The notes under the pieces: model-generated
What the model was told of the DNA's origin: nothing
What the model saw: the letters and a program-made list of their open reading frames with translations, nothing else
Database searches by the model: none
Shown: positions 50,072 through 62,779 of the stretch, in pieces
How the letters are laid out: the number at the start of each line of letters is the position of its first letter
How positions within the stretch are numbered: position 1 is the first letter of the stretch
Program-made: the position numbers and the translations under genes
Source: Tricharina praecox
Taxonomy: Eukaryota
Assembly (NCBI RefSeq): GCF_024521635.1
Contig: NW_026250407.1
Location: 1,426,001-1,490,000 of the forward strand
Length of the DNA stretch: 64,000 nucleotides
Direction of reading: 5' to 3'

Positions 50072-53000
50072 ATGTCTGAGGAGCACCACTACGGCACCCA
50101 GCAGGCTGCAGTACCCGATCACTACTCGATACAAGGTCCTCAACCACACGGGAGTGTTTACCACCCCGCCGTGCCGCCTCCACAACTACCGATCCACCAA
50201 CCCCCATACGGATACCGTGAAGCTGGACCTGCGTACAACAACCACAACAACAATAACCATTCAAACATCAACACCACCACCACCACCACCACCACCACCC
50301 CCGACAACTGGACGATGAACGGAGTCGCCGGTGGTCACCATCCCTTCCCCGGCCCTGTGCCATCGGCTCCTCGCGGACACCCACAGAATGGCGGGCATCC
50401 GTGGCCCTACGGATCACAACCTCCCCCTCAGGAAGTCGTCCAACCTATACCACCATCACACTACCCCCAACCCGATCCGTGGAGTAGCAAATCGGCCACA
50501 TCGTTCGTGAGATCTCAGACACAGGATGGCAGCTACTCGCACCCCCACAATTACAACCTTCACCAGACTTACGGTCGGCCTCACCACAATGCGCTGGAAC
50601 CCAGTGCGGCACCTTCTCCCCCGAACCCATATCCTGCTTCTCCAAGGACACCAGGTTCGTCGGGTCAGACAATTAACGGCAGCAGCCTCCCCACGCCACA
50701 ACCGTTCAGGCAGCCTAATCGTCCCCCATTAGGCAACTCTGCGGGATTGGTATCACCTGCCGAACAACATCGCCCTAAAATAGCGAGTTATGCCGAGTCG
50801 AATCAGTCGTCATCTTCGTCGCACTCTCTATTATCACGGCATCAAGGAAGAGGCAGCATGGTTTCTCCTCTCGGTCCCCCAGTAAGCACGAACGGCAGCC
50901 ACCGGGGTTCCATGTCGTACAACAACGCTCACCGGAACACCGATGGCTATGTGTCACAACAGCAAGGCGGCGCCGATGATGACGGACGGGTGGCTGAACG
51001 GCTGGGTTCGACACCGGCAGCCTTGAGGAGCCATGGTAGTGAATACGACTCAGCCGACGATGAGAGACGGATCAAGCGGGAAAGAAATTCTTGCACGCCG
51101 AGCGTAAGCATGAGTCCGAGGATGGCTGCTCGGATGGATGGGAGCGACCGAAGTCCTTCCTACTCCGGTTCCATGAAGGACTCCAAGGGGAACGGGTTGG
51201 AACTGCCAAAGAAAAAGGGTCTGCCCATCTTCCAGGATCACAACGGTATTGAGTACTACGAGAATGAGCCTGTTCCGGCAGGCGTGGAAGTTCCGGCAGG
51301 ATGGCAGATCGGGACGGGAAAGCAGACCAAAGGACTATTACTTCCCCGGGTGAAGGACGGGATCCAAGTAAATCCGGAATGGGGGTTTACCGCCGGAGGG
51401 AAAGCGCGGCAGCGGTTACCGCAGGCTTGCAGGAATTGCCGGGCGAAGAAGATACGTTGCGTGTAAGTGGATATACGATTGCGCAAATGCGGCACCGAGT
51501 GCGTGTAGGGGCTAATTATCGGTCCAGCGAGAGCGATCACGACGAAACAATATGTCAGCATTGCATGAAGATGAGGATAATATGCCAACGGTATGAAAAG
51601 TAAGTTCGAGCTGATGTGGAGCGGGTATCCCGTGCTGATGTCTACAGGGACGATGACAAGAAGAAGAAGCGAGGCAGCAGTTCCCAGGACTACATAAAAT
51701 CCGAGAATGGTGGCGAGCGGTCGGTATCCATCACATCCGATTCGATGGACATGATGATGCAGGCACCTGGGAAAAGTGGCTCGAAGAAGCGGAAATCGGA
51801 GGACAGTCCCAACGGGATCAAGAAGCTCAACCGGGGACCTATCTCGAGGGCTAACTCGATGGTTGGGGATCATGTCAATACGGCCCTCGCGAATGCTTCA
51901 CCGTCGTCCCGGCGGCAGGAAATACATAGTGCCCCACTCCTCGATGATGAAAGGCCGCCGCTATTCCCAATGAACCCTATGGATGCTGCCGCTGTTGGAC
52001 ACGAAAATGGAGATTCCCGGGTGAAATATGTGAGGGCACTGCGGGAAAACTATGTTTCTTCGCGGCCACAGGAAATGCACGGACATCATCATCGGAGCAG
52101 CTCAATGTCGGATGCCTCTCCGCTTTCCTACGCATCGCAATCGCCGGTCGTCACGCCCGTCCCGAGCTTGACCATAACGAGCGGAGGCGGCTACGCTGAT
52201 CACGGCTATCCGGATTCCCGTCAACGCGCAATGAGTAGCTCGACACCTGTGACGCCGATGTCGGCAGTTCCTCGCCCGATGGGAGAAGATTCCAGAAACC
52301 ACTGCCTGCCTGGACCGGACATACTTCAGCACCTCATGGAGGCTTACTTTGCCAACATCTACTCTCAGACGTACGCTTTCTTACACAAAAGCACATTCAT
52401 GGCGAACATGAGCACGCATTCGCCGGTGCTGCTATTCTCCATGTGCGCGGTTGCGGCTCGATTTTCGAAACTTAAAGACTGCGAGCGGGAGTGGGAAGAG
52501 AAAGCGCGGGAGCTGATTCTGCAGAACTACGATAATTATTCGTTGGAACTGGTCCAGAGCATGGTGCATATGGGATTACACGATTTCGGCAGCAACAACG
52601 GCACTAAAGCATGGATGTTTGCTGGAATGGCTGTACGGATGGGGGCAGCGCTAAACATGAATCTTGAAAACAGGAAAAATGAGAAGGGAAAGGATGCGAT
52701 CGTTCGGGAGTGTACGAGGCGTACCTACTGGTCCTACTACCTGATGGATGTTAGTGTTTCACTTCTCCTCCCCTCCAAAAAAAAAAAAAAAAAAAAAAAA
52801 GGTCGGCCAGACCGCTAACAAGACTATTCCTCTTTTAGAGATTCAACAGCTACGGAGTTGCTCGGCCTTTCCTTACGCAAGATCACGATTGCCACATACA
52901 GCTTCCTTGCAACCAGCCATCGTTTGACCAGGGCAAATATGTCCTTACAGAGCATCTTCTCGGAGCGAATCCCTACAATCGAGACGTCGGTACCAAGTAC

Positions 53001-54503
53001 ATGGGTGCGATGGCCTACCTTGTCCGGGTGGTTGGAATATGGGGAAATATCCTCAAGCAGATTCACCTTTCTGGGTTTCAGACATACTCACAGGACGAGA
53101 CAAAGAGCAAGGCGCCAAACGAATTCAATCACTTTATCGAAAAGCTGGAGAACTGGAGGAAGACATTACCACCAGGACTTGAGTACTCGAACGAGAATCT
53201 GGCTGGCCAAATCAGGGTAGGCACCACCGGGGCATTCGTAACGATGCACGTCATGTGGCATAGCGCTATGGCTTACGTCCATCGCTATGTTCGAACCGTT
53301 GGAGTGCCCCACGACTTCATCAAACATAACATCTCGGGCGCCGTCGTGGTGGAGAGCATTCGAAAAGCCTTCGTCCATGCTGATGCCGTGCTACAAATCA
53401 TGTTTCACGTTCGGCAACAGAGAGATGTGGCCAGGGCTAACAACGAGCCTCCCGTCACCGTCAATGCACCTTTCCTCGGCCAGGCGATATCCGATGCCTG
53501 CAACATCACCGTCATTCGAGCGTTGGAGGTTCGTGGTGAGCCCGGAGGAGCAACCGAACAGAGGCGGAGAGTCTGGGTGGGGCTGGATTGGCTCAAGGAG
53601 CTTCGGCGTTATTGGAAGCCGATCGAAGGGATGTACCAGAAGCTCAAGAAGAAGTGCAAGAACCTCGAAAAGAGTGTATCTCAGCCACCCGGGCACATGG
53701 TGCCCACCCCGGAATCCAGTGTTGATTCGGGTCTACAGCCCGGTTCTGCGTATCCCGTCGATCCGGACAACTACACCGCCGAGCCCACATTCACCTCTGG
53801 TGGCATGAACCCACAAATGGACTTTGCGCAGTTTACCGATTTCCTCGCGACGGGCAACATTCCGTTTACCTACTATGGCGTAGCCTTCGCAGCCGATACT
53901 TCGCAGTACCATCTATCGGAATACGCACGAAACGAAGGCGGCTTCCCGGATCTATACCCGTACACCGACTCTCACCCCGAGTCCGTCAGTGCTCCCTACG
54001 ACTTCGACATACCCGCCAATACGATGATTGGCGGCGTGGTGGATATAATGCCGATGCAGATCGACCAATCGGGCTCGGCGGCACCGCCGACAGGCTCTTT
54101 CGACATAGCCAACAACCAGGAGGACGATGGATCGGACAACAGCGACAACGAGGACGACGAAGACCAAACCGGCGCACACAGGGAACGGGACGAAAAGGGA
54201 AACATCAACGCCATGTACTTTGATCCCGCGGCGGTGAGGGACGGAACGTTGCAGGACTCATCGTCGGATACATCAGGCCATAGCCGTAGGCAGAGCTATG
54301 CCGCCGTCACGAAGGCAGAGAGCAACCCGATGGATCTCTTCCACCTCATCAACCCGGAGAACATGGACGGGATCACGGCGAGTCTGCAGAATCGACAAAA
54401 CAACCGGGACGAGTTTACTGGGCCCGGCGGCGCTGCGGCGCCCGACAACAACGAGTTTGCCGGCCAACCGAATCTGGACAACAGCGGCACGGGGGCACAG
54501 TGA
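50072..54503 (+). CDS. Zn(II)2Cys6 transcription factor with a fungal-specific TF (middle homology) domain. Exons 50072-51462, 51528-51599 (or 51590), 51648-52749, 52839-54503
   Basis: Spliced cluster CRNCRAKKIRC-VESDHDETI-CQHCMKMRIIC, preceded by 'VNPEWGFTAGGKARQRLPQA'. The middle domain has 'YFANIYSQTYAFLHKSTF', 'AWMFAGMAVRMGAALNMN' and 'RECTRRTYWSYYLMDRF'. Long P/H/S-rich N-terminus and acidic C-terminus. Confidence 0.92.
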
Positions 54504-56101
54504 ACCTGAGGATGGAGGTGGAGGATGTGGTTATGGGGTTTTCTTTATTTTCTTTATTTTCTTTATACATCACAAAAGGGATACCACGCTGCTTTTTGTA
54601 TTGTTTTGTTGGGGGGTCGGAATACGGGGGGGCGGGTACACGGAGTTTTGTGATTTTGATTTTGATTAGTTTTTTTTTTTTTGGTTGCTGTTGTTTCTTT
54701 CTGCCGGACGGTGGAGTTTCTGCCCTTTTTTCCTTTTTCTTGTTCTTTTTCTTTTGGCATCATCATCATCATATCATAAGTATCAAGCCTACTTAAGCAT
54801 GCGTCGGTCATTGTGCTTTCACAGTTTTTTTCTTCTTCTTTTCTTCTTCTTTTCTTCTTCCCCTTTTCATCTTTTTTTTTGGCAAAGGCGAGTTGAGTTT
54901 AGTTTCTCGATGAAATATGATATCCATAGCGCGCACACTGGGGGTATGGGGGTCTGGATGTAGGATGCTTCTTGATTTTTGTTTTATTTATTCTTCTTCT
55001 TCGATGATATCCAAATCTTATTCTGTTTCTGTTTTTGTTCTGTTTGGTTCTATTCTGCTTGGTTCTGTTCTGTTGTGTGCGGGTGTTTTGTTGTTCGTTT
55101 GTTGTGAGGCTTTTCAGTTTAATTTCTATTCACTCTACTTACTTCTTAGTTCTTACTTCTTTTCTTCTACTGTTCTTTTTCGTATACCTACACACGATCG
55201 TATATCTAGTTTTTTTCTTCTCCTTTTTAGTTTGGAGGTTTTTGGGTAGGAAAGGTGTGGGTGATGTGGGTGATGTACCGTGTACGAGCTATGGTTGTGG
55301 TTGTGGATTGGTTGTGGATTGGACACGACGGTGGGGCGCGGGGAGCGGGGGGGGATTGGGATGGGGGGGGGGGGGGGGGGGGGATGGGGAAAGGAAAGGA
55401 AAGGGAATCGAATCGAACACGGAGTTTTTCGCCTTGCTCTTTATGAATAACTTTGTGGCTTGATGGCTTGATGGTGCGAGTGAGTGAGGTGAGTGAGGAT
55501 CATTTCATCTGTCTGGCCTATTTAGATACAGACCCAGATAAGACACAGGCGATTGGCCTAGGCGATTGGTCCAAGAGACGCGATGGAACTGGAGTTCCAG
55601 ATCGATACGGTACATTAGAGTTGGTCTGTATCTACATGGTGAGTATGCCCGCGGCATCGATGGTCGCTGGTGAGCGCACGAAACACACAGTATCACTCAC
55701 TCCATCCATCCACCCGCCTGAAGAATATCTGAAAACAACCCGTGCCATTGCCATTGCTATTCCCTATGCCATTCCTTATGCCGTTCCTTATGCTCTAAAA
55801 CAGTTTTTTTCCGTCGCTCCGTCGTCCTCCGTCACTCAACCCAATGGGCCGACTACAAACAAACAATCACATCGCATCGCAAAACAAAACAAAACACTCC
55901 GGGCCGTGTTTCGTGACTCGTCAACCCAATGAGCCGACTACAAACAATCAATCGCAAAACACTCCGTGCCATTACCCCCCTCAAACGCCGCAAACAAATG
56001 AGTAAGAAAAAAAAAGCACACACTGCACACACTGCACTATCGATCCGGTAGGTAGGTAGGTAGGTAGACGGATGTGTGTGTGGGTGGGTGGGTGGGTGTG
56101 G

Positions 56102-58340
56102 CTAACGAATCGTCTCCTCACCATCGCCCTCAATGCCCTCAAGGCCCTCCAGGATAGCGCTGCCCCCGAGGACGCCCTGTTTCTGCATGACGACCCTTCT
56201 GTCAGCGCCCCAAATCTCATGGAAGCGCACAGTCTCATCGCTCGCGGCAACGACGATGCAGCCCTCAGGATGGCGGCTCTGCTTCCTCTTTGGTTTCCTG
56301 GCACCCCCCAGCTGGCGAAGCAGGCGGTCGGCCTCGTCGGAGTCGTCGTCAGAGTCGCTCTCGTCGTCGGCTCGCGCTCTACTTCCTTCCGACACGTGGG
56401 GACCTCCTGGGTATGCGACCGCGTATAAGGCGCGCATGTCCTCCTGCCATGGGACCTGCACGACTTGTTGGCATTGCGGCCAGGAGTACACGACGATGCG
56501 CACCGCGTGGTCCGGGTTGGCGTAGCCCAGCGTCGCGGCGATCTCACGGTGGTTGGTCGACCAGAGGAGGGAGGTGACTTGCGCGGCTACGTTGATCGTG
56601 CTGAGGGTGGCGCCTGAGCCCGTGTGGAAGAAGTGGATGCAACGATCGTTACTGCCGCCGCCTGGAAGTTGTTAGTGAGCGAGTGATGTGGATGTGGGGG
56701 GCTGGATACGTACCAGTTGCGAGGAGGGACTTTTGCCAGGGACAGAATGCGATGGCTTTGACAGCGGCGCTATGCTGCCAGCGATGTTTGTCACCGCCAT
56801 AGATCGTCATCTGGGCATTGGGCTCAAGATATCCATGCTGGTTCCTGGTGCCTTCCATCTCCGTGGTCGTGAATAGAAAGGCGACGTTGTCATTTCCACC
56901 GGTGACGAACTGGCTTCCGTCCACGTTCCACGCGAGTCCGCAGATCTGTTGGCTGTGCACGATGATACGGCGCATCAAGATCATGGTCGCATTAGGCGGA
57001 TGAAGGTGCATATCGTGGTCCCATCTGCCCCATTCCACCTTGTAGAGGAACACATTTCCGACTTCGTCTCCAACGAGCAGGTCTTCGGTAAAACCCACGC
57101 CGGGTCCCAAAACGACCGGCAGGTTATCTTTGCGCTGGCGGGGAGAAACCCTCGGCTTCCAAGCCAGGCACGCAATGCTAGACGTGTGCAGCTGGTTAAG
57201 CCTTGGACGCAGTTCGCTGGGAGACCACAGGGTGAGCGAGCCATTGATGCGGCCGATCGCAAGAATGTCGTTGTTTGCCTGCTCGCATGAGAACGCCAAC
57301 GATGTTACGTGTGCATTCGACCAATGCGCCAATGGTCGAGCTCCAGTGTCTTCCTCCCAACTGTACACGTCGCTGTGAAGGCCCACTGCGAGAGAATGGG
57401 AGGCCGCGCTGTAAGCTATCAGACTACAGTAGTAGTCGTCCCTAAGACCGGGAGCATCCAGAACACGGAACGGAGTAGTCGGGACGATACGGCGATGCTT
57501 CTTGCTTGCAGAGGGAGGCTTCGGGAATCCGTCATCGTCTGCAGCAGGATTAGCAATCCAACACATCCGGTACAATTTTCAGCAGAATTACTTACCTAGT
57601 CCGATCACCGAGTCCCACAGTCTGATGTTTGAGCTGCCGAAGCCGGGGTTTCCAGGCAGACCGCCCCGATGAATTATGCCCGTGGCATCATGCTCGTACA
57701 CGCCATTGAATCTCAGGACCTTACGGTTTCGGTCAACTCCAAGAGCAGCGGAGATCCTCAACGCAAGCTCCTCCTTTTCCTTCTCTGGATTTCTTCTATT
57801 GTCCAGGATTCCACCATTGATCTCACGTCCCCTCTGTCTCTGCGGCGGCGCCGTAGGGTCCACCGGACTGCTGTGTCCCAATCCGATCCCGAAGACACCG
57901 ATAGTGCCAGTGGAGAGCCTCCTGTTCAACGGACTACCTCTCGCAGCCTCAACACGGGCACGCTCGATGGCCGACGTATCCGGTGACATACTACGCTGTT
58001 GGTTACCGGTGGTGTCGGGAATGTGGCGGCGGAGAAGCCGCGCCTCTGGGGAAAGGTTCTCGGCAGGGGCACCCATCCGGAAGCTGTGACGGCTTGTGGT
58101 AGAGGGTATGAAGCGGTCGGGCGTTCTGTGCGAATTGCGAGACGGGGAATGTCTTGCTAAGGGTGAGCCGACGGGGAGGGTGAGTCGCATCGAGGCTAGT
58201 ATCTGCGAGGGAGACGGAGAATCGCCGAAGGGCGAGGTCGTACCGTCATGGCGAACACGAGATGTTGGCGTTCTGGGAGGGCCGCCATCAGATGTGTCGT
58301 TATCGATGGTGCCTCCACCATCTGGAGGTCTAGTTGTCAT
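56102..58340 (-). CDS. AMA1: Cdc20/Fizzy-family APC/C activator, Ama1-like (meiosis-specific clade inferred). Exons 58340-57596, 57538-56714, 56661-56102
   Basis: C-box 'PDRFIP', 'PFRVLDAPGLRDDYYCSLIAYS', 'HSQQICGLAW', '[31 protein letters not shown]', 'AASDETVRFHEIW' and a C-terminal IR tail. The 'DDYYCSL' and 'VVYSWPQC' features fit Ama1 better than Cdc20/Cdh1. Confidence 0.85.
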
Positions 58341-58499
58341 CGTATCCGTATTCTCTAGGGTGGCTTGAAATGGTGAGGATGGTCGTGTTGTGTTGGTGTT
58401 GGCGGCGGTGGTGGTGGTGGTAGTGGTGGTGGTGGTAGTGGTGATGGTGGTGGTGGTGGTTAAATTGAATGTATGCACCGGACGAAAACAGGAAGGACA

Positions 58500-58808
58500 G
58501 GGGAGGTTGAGCAGAAGGTGCTGAGTGGGTACTTGTTCGTACAGAGTTGGCGAGAGACAGGCGGTGGGGTGTGTGTTCTTGATGGTAGTTTTCGACCGAT
58601 TAGTCGTGTGATGGAGCATGTGATTTTGGTGGTAGTTTTTCGACCGATTAGTAGTTTTTTCGACCGATTAGTCGTGGCAGAGGGTTGCATGAGGAGGTTG
58701 AGCGGAGAGTGCTGCGTGAGCACTTGTTCGTACGGAGTTGGTGAGAGACGGGCGGCGGGATGTGTGAATTTGGTGGTAGTTTTTTTTCCGAACGATTAGT
58801 CGTGACGG
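58500..58808. repeat. Local duplication (about 110 bp, twice) with four TTTTCGACCGATTAGT-like motifs upstream of AMA1
   Basis: 58502-58610 aligns with 58694-58806; the motif occurs at about 58589, 58638, 58658 and 58785. Confidence 0.85.
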
Positions 58809-59089
58809 AGGTTGTGTTACGGCTTAGAATACACCAACTGGGCATGGGATGCAGCTATGCGAAGCTGGAGAGCTACAGTTATGTAAGCTTGAAATCCAAG
58901 ATGAGTACAACAGCAAACAAGCAATTGCTTGTAGCAGAGCCTTTACGGTGGTTGCACTGGAATATCTTCCGTCTCTACAATCATACGATACGGTATGCAC
59001 GATGCACCGACTGTTGTCTGTTACCTGATTGACTGTGCGAGTACCTGCACCTGCAATGTAGACGACCCCCCATCCATCGCCTCGACGTA

Positions 59090-62000
59090 ACTCAGTAAGT
59101 GCGTGCCCGCCGGTTGATCCATCCGCATATCGACTGGTGTCACGCAGAGGAGACATGTGTTTCGTCCCCTTCCGTTACCAGAGTTTCCCTGCCTTCCACT
59201 CTGGCGTGTACTGGTACCTAGTTCCTTGGCGTGTGCGGGGATAGGGAGATGCGGGGATGCGGTCTCAGTACCGGCTGCACTAGGCCGCACCCGCTTTCTT
59301 CCCCCACTTTCTTATAAATAGCTCCTTTATCCCCCCTCCCCGCTCTCTCTCTTCCATCTCTCCCCCATCTATCTCCTCAACACAGATATCAATGTCAAGG
59401 CAAAAACTCAGCGAAAGCTGGTGGGCAGTCGGCAGCCAATACTGGGACACGTCGGGCTCCGTACGTCCCTCCGCGGCCACCACCGACTGCCTCAACATCT
59501 ACATCAACGTCCGACAAGCCCCTCAGTAGTTATCCACCTTCAACGAACCCAGCGGCCACTGGCTAGCTCCACGAGGGCAGTTATACTAAAGCAATTACTA
59601 ATTAAACAAAAAAGGGGGGCAGTTATACGCTGGCTCAGCCGCGGCACGACGCGATGATGTTCCCGGCAACAGGCCAGGCATCGCACCCCCCCCCCCCTGC
59701 GGGCGGAATTATTTCCCCCGCACTGTCGAGCCCCATCTGTCATGCTGGCAAGCTCCAGCCGACTGATGTAAGTTGCCACTTGGTATCACTGCTGCGGCTT
59801 ATATAGCTAACCAACAATCAGGGGCTCGCGGTCACGCAGTGAGTGGATCTGCCCAGTTTGCGTGGACATCTGCAATTGCGGGACCAGCAGGAAGAGGGGG
59901 GGGGGAGTTTCCTCCATACCTTCGGGGAGGTAAGTTGCCACTTGGTATCACTTCTGCGGCTTCTGTGGCTAACCAATCATCAGGTGAGAAACTGGATCGG
60001 ACGAATCGCAGAGTTGGGAGAGTCTATCACTGGGCTACTCAGATCCAACTCCGGCGAAGTGAAGTTCACGGTCATCGAAGTGCCGCCTCACTTCGAACCA
60101 AAGAAGCAAGCAAGCCTGGATGTGCTCTTGCAGAACGTTTTCCCTGAGAGGGATATGGAGTCTCTGAAGCTTGGACTCAGAGCGGAATTCATAGCCATCT
60201 TCAAGTCGTACCTGGCTGGCAAGGCCGTTCCGCGCATGCGGAACATTGGAAAGAGGTAGACTCGGGTTTAGTTCTGCCATCACGAGGTGCCAGACTGTAA
60301 TCCAGAGTATCGCGTGGGATGTCACTGATGGGATGTACCCATCGGTCGACTCGACAGGCTGGGGTAAATTGACGGCTATTAACTGGTCGGCTTGGGAGAC
60401 CGACTTCGTCGGAAAGCGCATTGCGAGGCCACTCTCGCATGTCTTCGCAACTGCAGCGATGAATTCGTCGATCTTTGCAACGATCAACCTTTCAAAGTGC
60501 TTGTCGCGGATATACGGGTACGTGTGGGGAGTGAGATGGCCCGTTTCATTACACATGATTACTGACTTTACTCTGGCAGCGCACATCGAATATCATTCTA
60601 GGATGTACTCATCGATCGACCCGAAAGGCTGGGATAAATTGACGGCTGCGAACTGGTCGGCTTGGGAGACTGACTTCGTCGGAAAAGAACATTGAGTTTG
60701 CCTGGGCATCTGATATTTAATGGTGGATGGCAATTGGCCGATGGTGATGGACTTGGATTTTTTTTTGTTGAGTTACATAGTAATTGCTTGCAACCTAAAT
60801 AAATCATGGCAATATATGTGCACACTCCGGTTCCACGCCACTGTGACCTGTCCAACCCGACTTTCATCAAGCGGCCCGATGTAGCTTTCCCTGCCCTCTG
60901 GCCTGGCCTGTCCTAGCAACGGAGACGCACCCACGCAACCAAGCACGAGCCCGCTGGTTGATCCATCCGCTTATCGTCTGCGATTCACTACCCTGTAGAT
61001 AGAACCCGCCTAACTGTCCTGCCCTGCCACAGTGCTCTTGAATATGTACCTACCGTACTGTTTGTTGAAATATATAGATGAACGACAGAGATAATTGAAT
61101 TGATACTGAAAAAACCTATCATCAGCGGCGAAAGCTCTCTTTATATACAAGACTGAGGGTGTTAGAATATCTAAGGACGACGGAGGTGGGGAAGAAAACC
61201 TTGACGGCAGTAGAGGAGGCCGAACAGGACTGCCGGCAGGGCACTGTGTGTGTAGTTAGTGCGGATACTGAGCGTAGTCATGGCAGGTTCGTAGCGGAGT
61301 AGGCGGGAAACGAGCGTGGTGGTGTTTTGTTTTGGTAGGCAGCGGCGCAAAGGCCGCATGCGACAATCGATTGATGTTCTCTCTCTCACCTTATTCGTGC
61401 AAACGTCGACGGCCGGCCACAGTTTGACACTGTTACCTACCCTTCTTCAGCGTGTGCGGGGATGCGGGATGCGGTATGCGGGGGTGCGGGGGTGCGGGGG
61501 TGCGGGGGTGCGGGGGTGCGGGGGTGCGGTCTCAGTACCGGCCGCACTAAGCCGTCCCCGCTTTCTTCCCCCTCTTTCTTATTAAATAGCTCCTTTATCC
61601 CCTCCCCACTCTCTCCCCCATCTCTCTCCTCAAAACAGACATCAACATCAACGCCCACATCAACGTCCGATAAACCTCGCAGTAGGTACATATCCACCTT
61701 CAACGAACCCAGCGGCCACTGGCCAGCCCCACGAGGGCAGTTATACGCCGCCGCGGCGCGACGCGATGATGTTCCCAGCAACTGGCTGGGAATCGTACCC
61801 CCCCTGCGGAACGAATTATTTCCCCCGCCCTGTCGAGCCCCATCTATCATGCTGGCTTCTGGATGGGGATTCGACCGTCAGATTTCACCAATGCATCGGC
61901 AAGATACTGACAAAACTAGAAGAGATTCTGGAGGTGATACCAGCGTAGACTACTGGGGAGAGAACCCCGGATCAACGTGATACGGCACACATAGAGGTAT

Positions 62001-62380
62001 AGGATCTTCTATGGCATGCCGATCGTTTGATGGGAATCCTGGCAGACCTCAGCTGGAGAAGTGTGACGTTTCTACGTCACATCAACCATCCGAGTATTAG
62101 TGGTTGGCTGAGACAGAAAGCGGGAGAAACGACCGCCACACCGGCAATGCGGGTATGTACTCTACTGTCTCTTTGTTTCAACTTTTTGGATTATGAAAGA
62201 ATGTACCTAACTTCGAACATTCAGAACGTACGAGACTATCTAGAGCCGCGGCACGACGCGATGACTTTTCCCGGTAACAGGACGGGCATCGCACCCCCTG
62301 CGGGCGGAATTATTTCCCCCGCCCTGGCGTGCCCCATGTGTCCTGCTGGCAAGGCCCAGCATACGTAAGTTGCCACTTCA
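59090..62380 (+). pseudogene. Mosaic of at least three fragments of a repeated, intron-containing gene of unknown function (probably transposon-associated)
   Basis: 59230-59750 matches 61445-61857, including a TATAAATAG-like box, a CT-rich leader and CCACCTTCAACGAACCCAGCGGCCACTGG. The block GCGGCACGACGCGATGA..CCCCCTGCGGGCGGAATTATTTCCCC recurs at about 59640, 61755 and 62248. Introns at 59768-59821, 59930-59983, 60518-60579 and 62153-62224; frameshifts and in-frame TAG stops. Confidence 0.7.
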
Positions 62381-62779
62381 CCGAACACGACGCGGGACAT
62401 GCATCTAATACATTGGGCTCTATACAGACAACGGCAAAAAAACGTCGGAGAGGCGGCAAGGAAGGCATAACGAGCTGGTGACTGCCTCCCCCTAGGGGAG
62501 GGGGGAGAAAACATTCGCGGGCGGGGTTCGGGTTTGGAGTTTGCGGCGTTAAGTGAAGCAAATTCCTTTTACCAGGCAGGTCACCGGCTACCGCCGAACT
62601 CGACGAGGGACATGCATCTAATACATCAGGCTCTATACAGACAGCGGAACGAGGAAGCGTCACGGAGGCAATGGCAAGGGCTGTGCCATTAAGGGAGGTT
62701 AAATGAGGATGTGAAGGAGGGCTTAATGATATTCTTCATGTGCGGGGTCCGAATTCGGCGTTCAGTGTAAAAAATTCCA

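Noticed and set aside
56102..58340. Premature UAG in AMA1 requiring sexual-stage A-to-I editing, as I recall being reported for the Fusarium graminearum ortholog
   Set aside because: All three exons translate without an internal stop once the two canonical introns are removed.
1..58340. Functional gene cluster or biosynthetic gene cluster
   Set aside because: The genes are unrelated housekeeping functions, and there is no backbone enzyme near the Zn2Cys6 factor.
61040..61430. Possible LINE 3' end inserted in the second pseudogene copy (minus strand)
   Set aside because: The only support is a vague ORF tail and an A-rich end; with no diagnostic motif it is not called as a feature.
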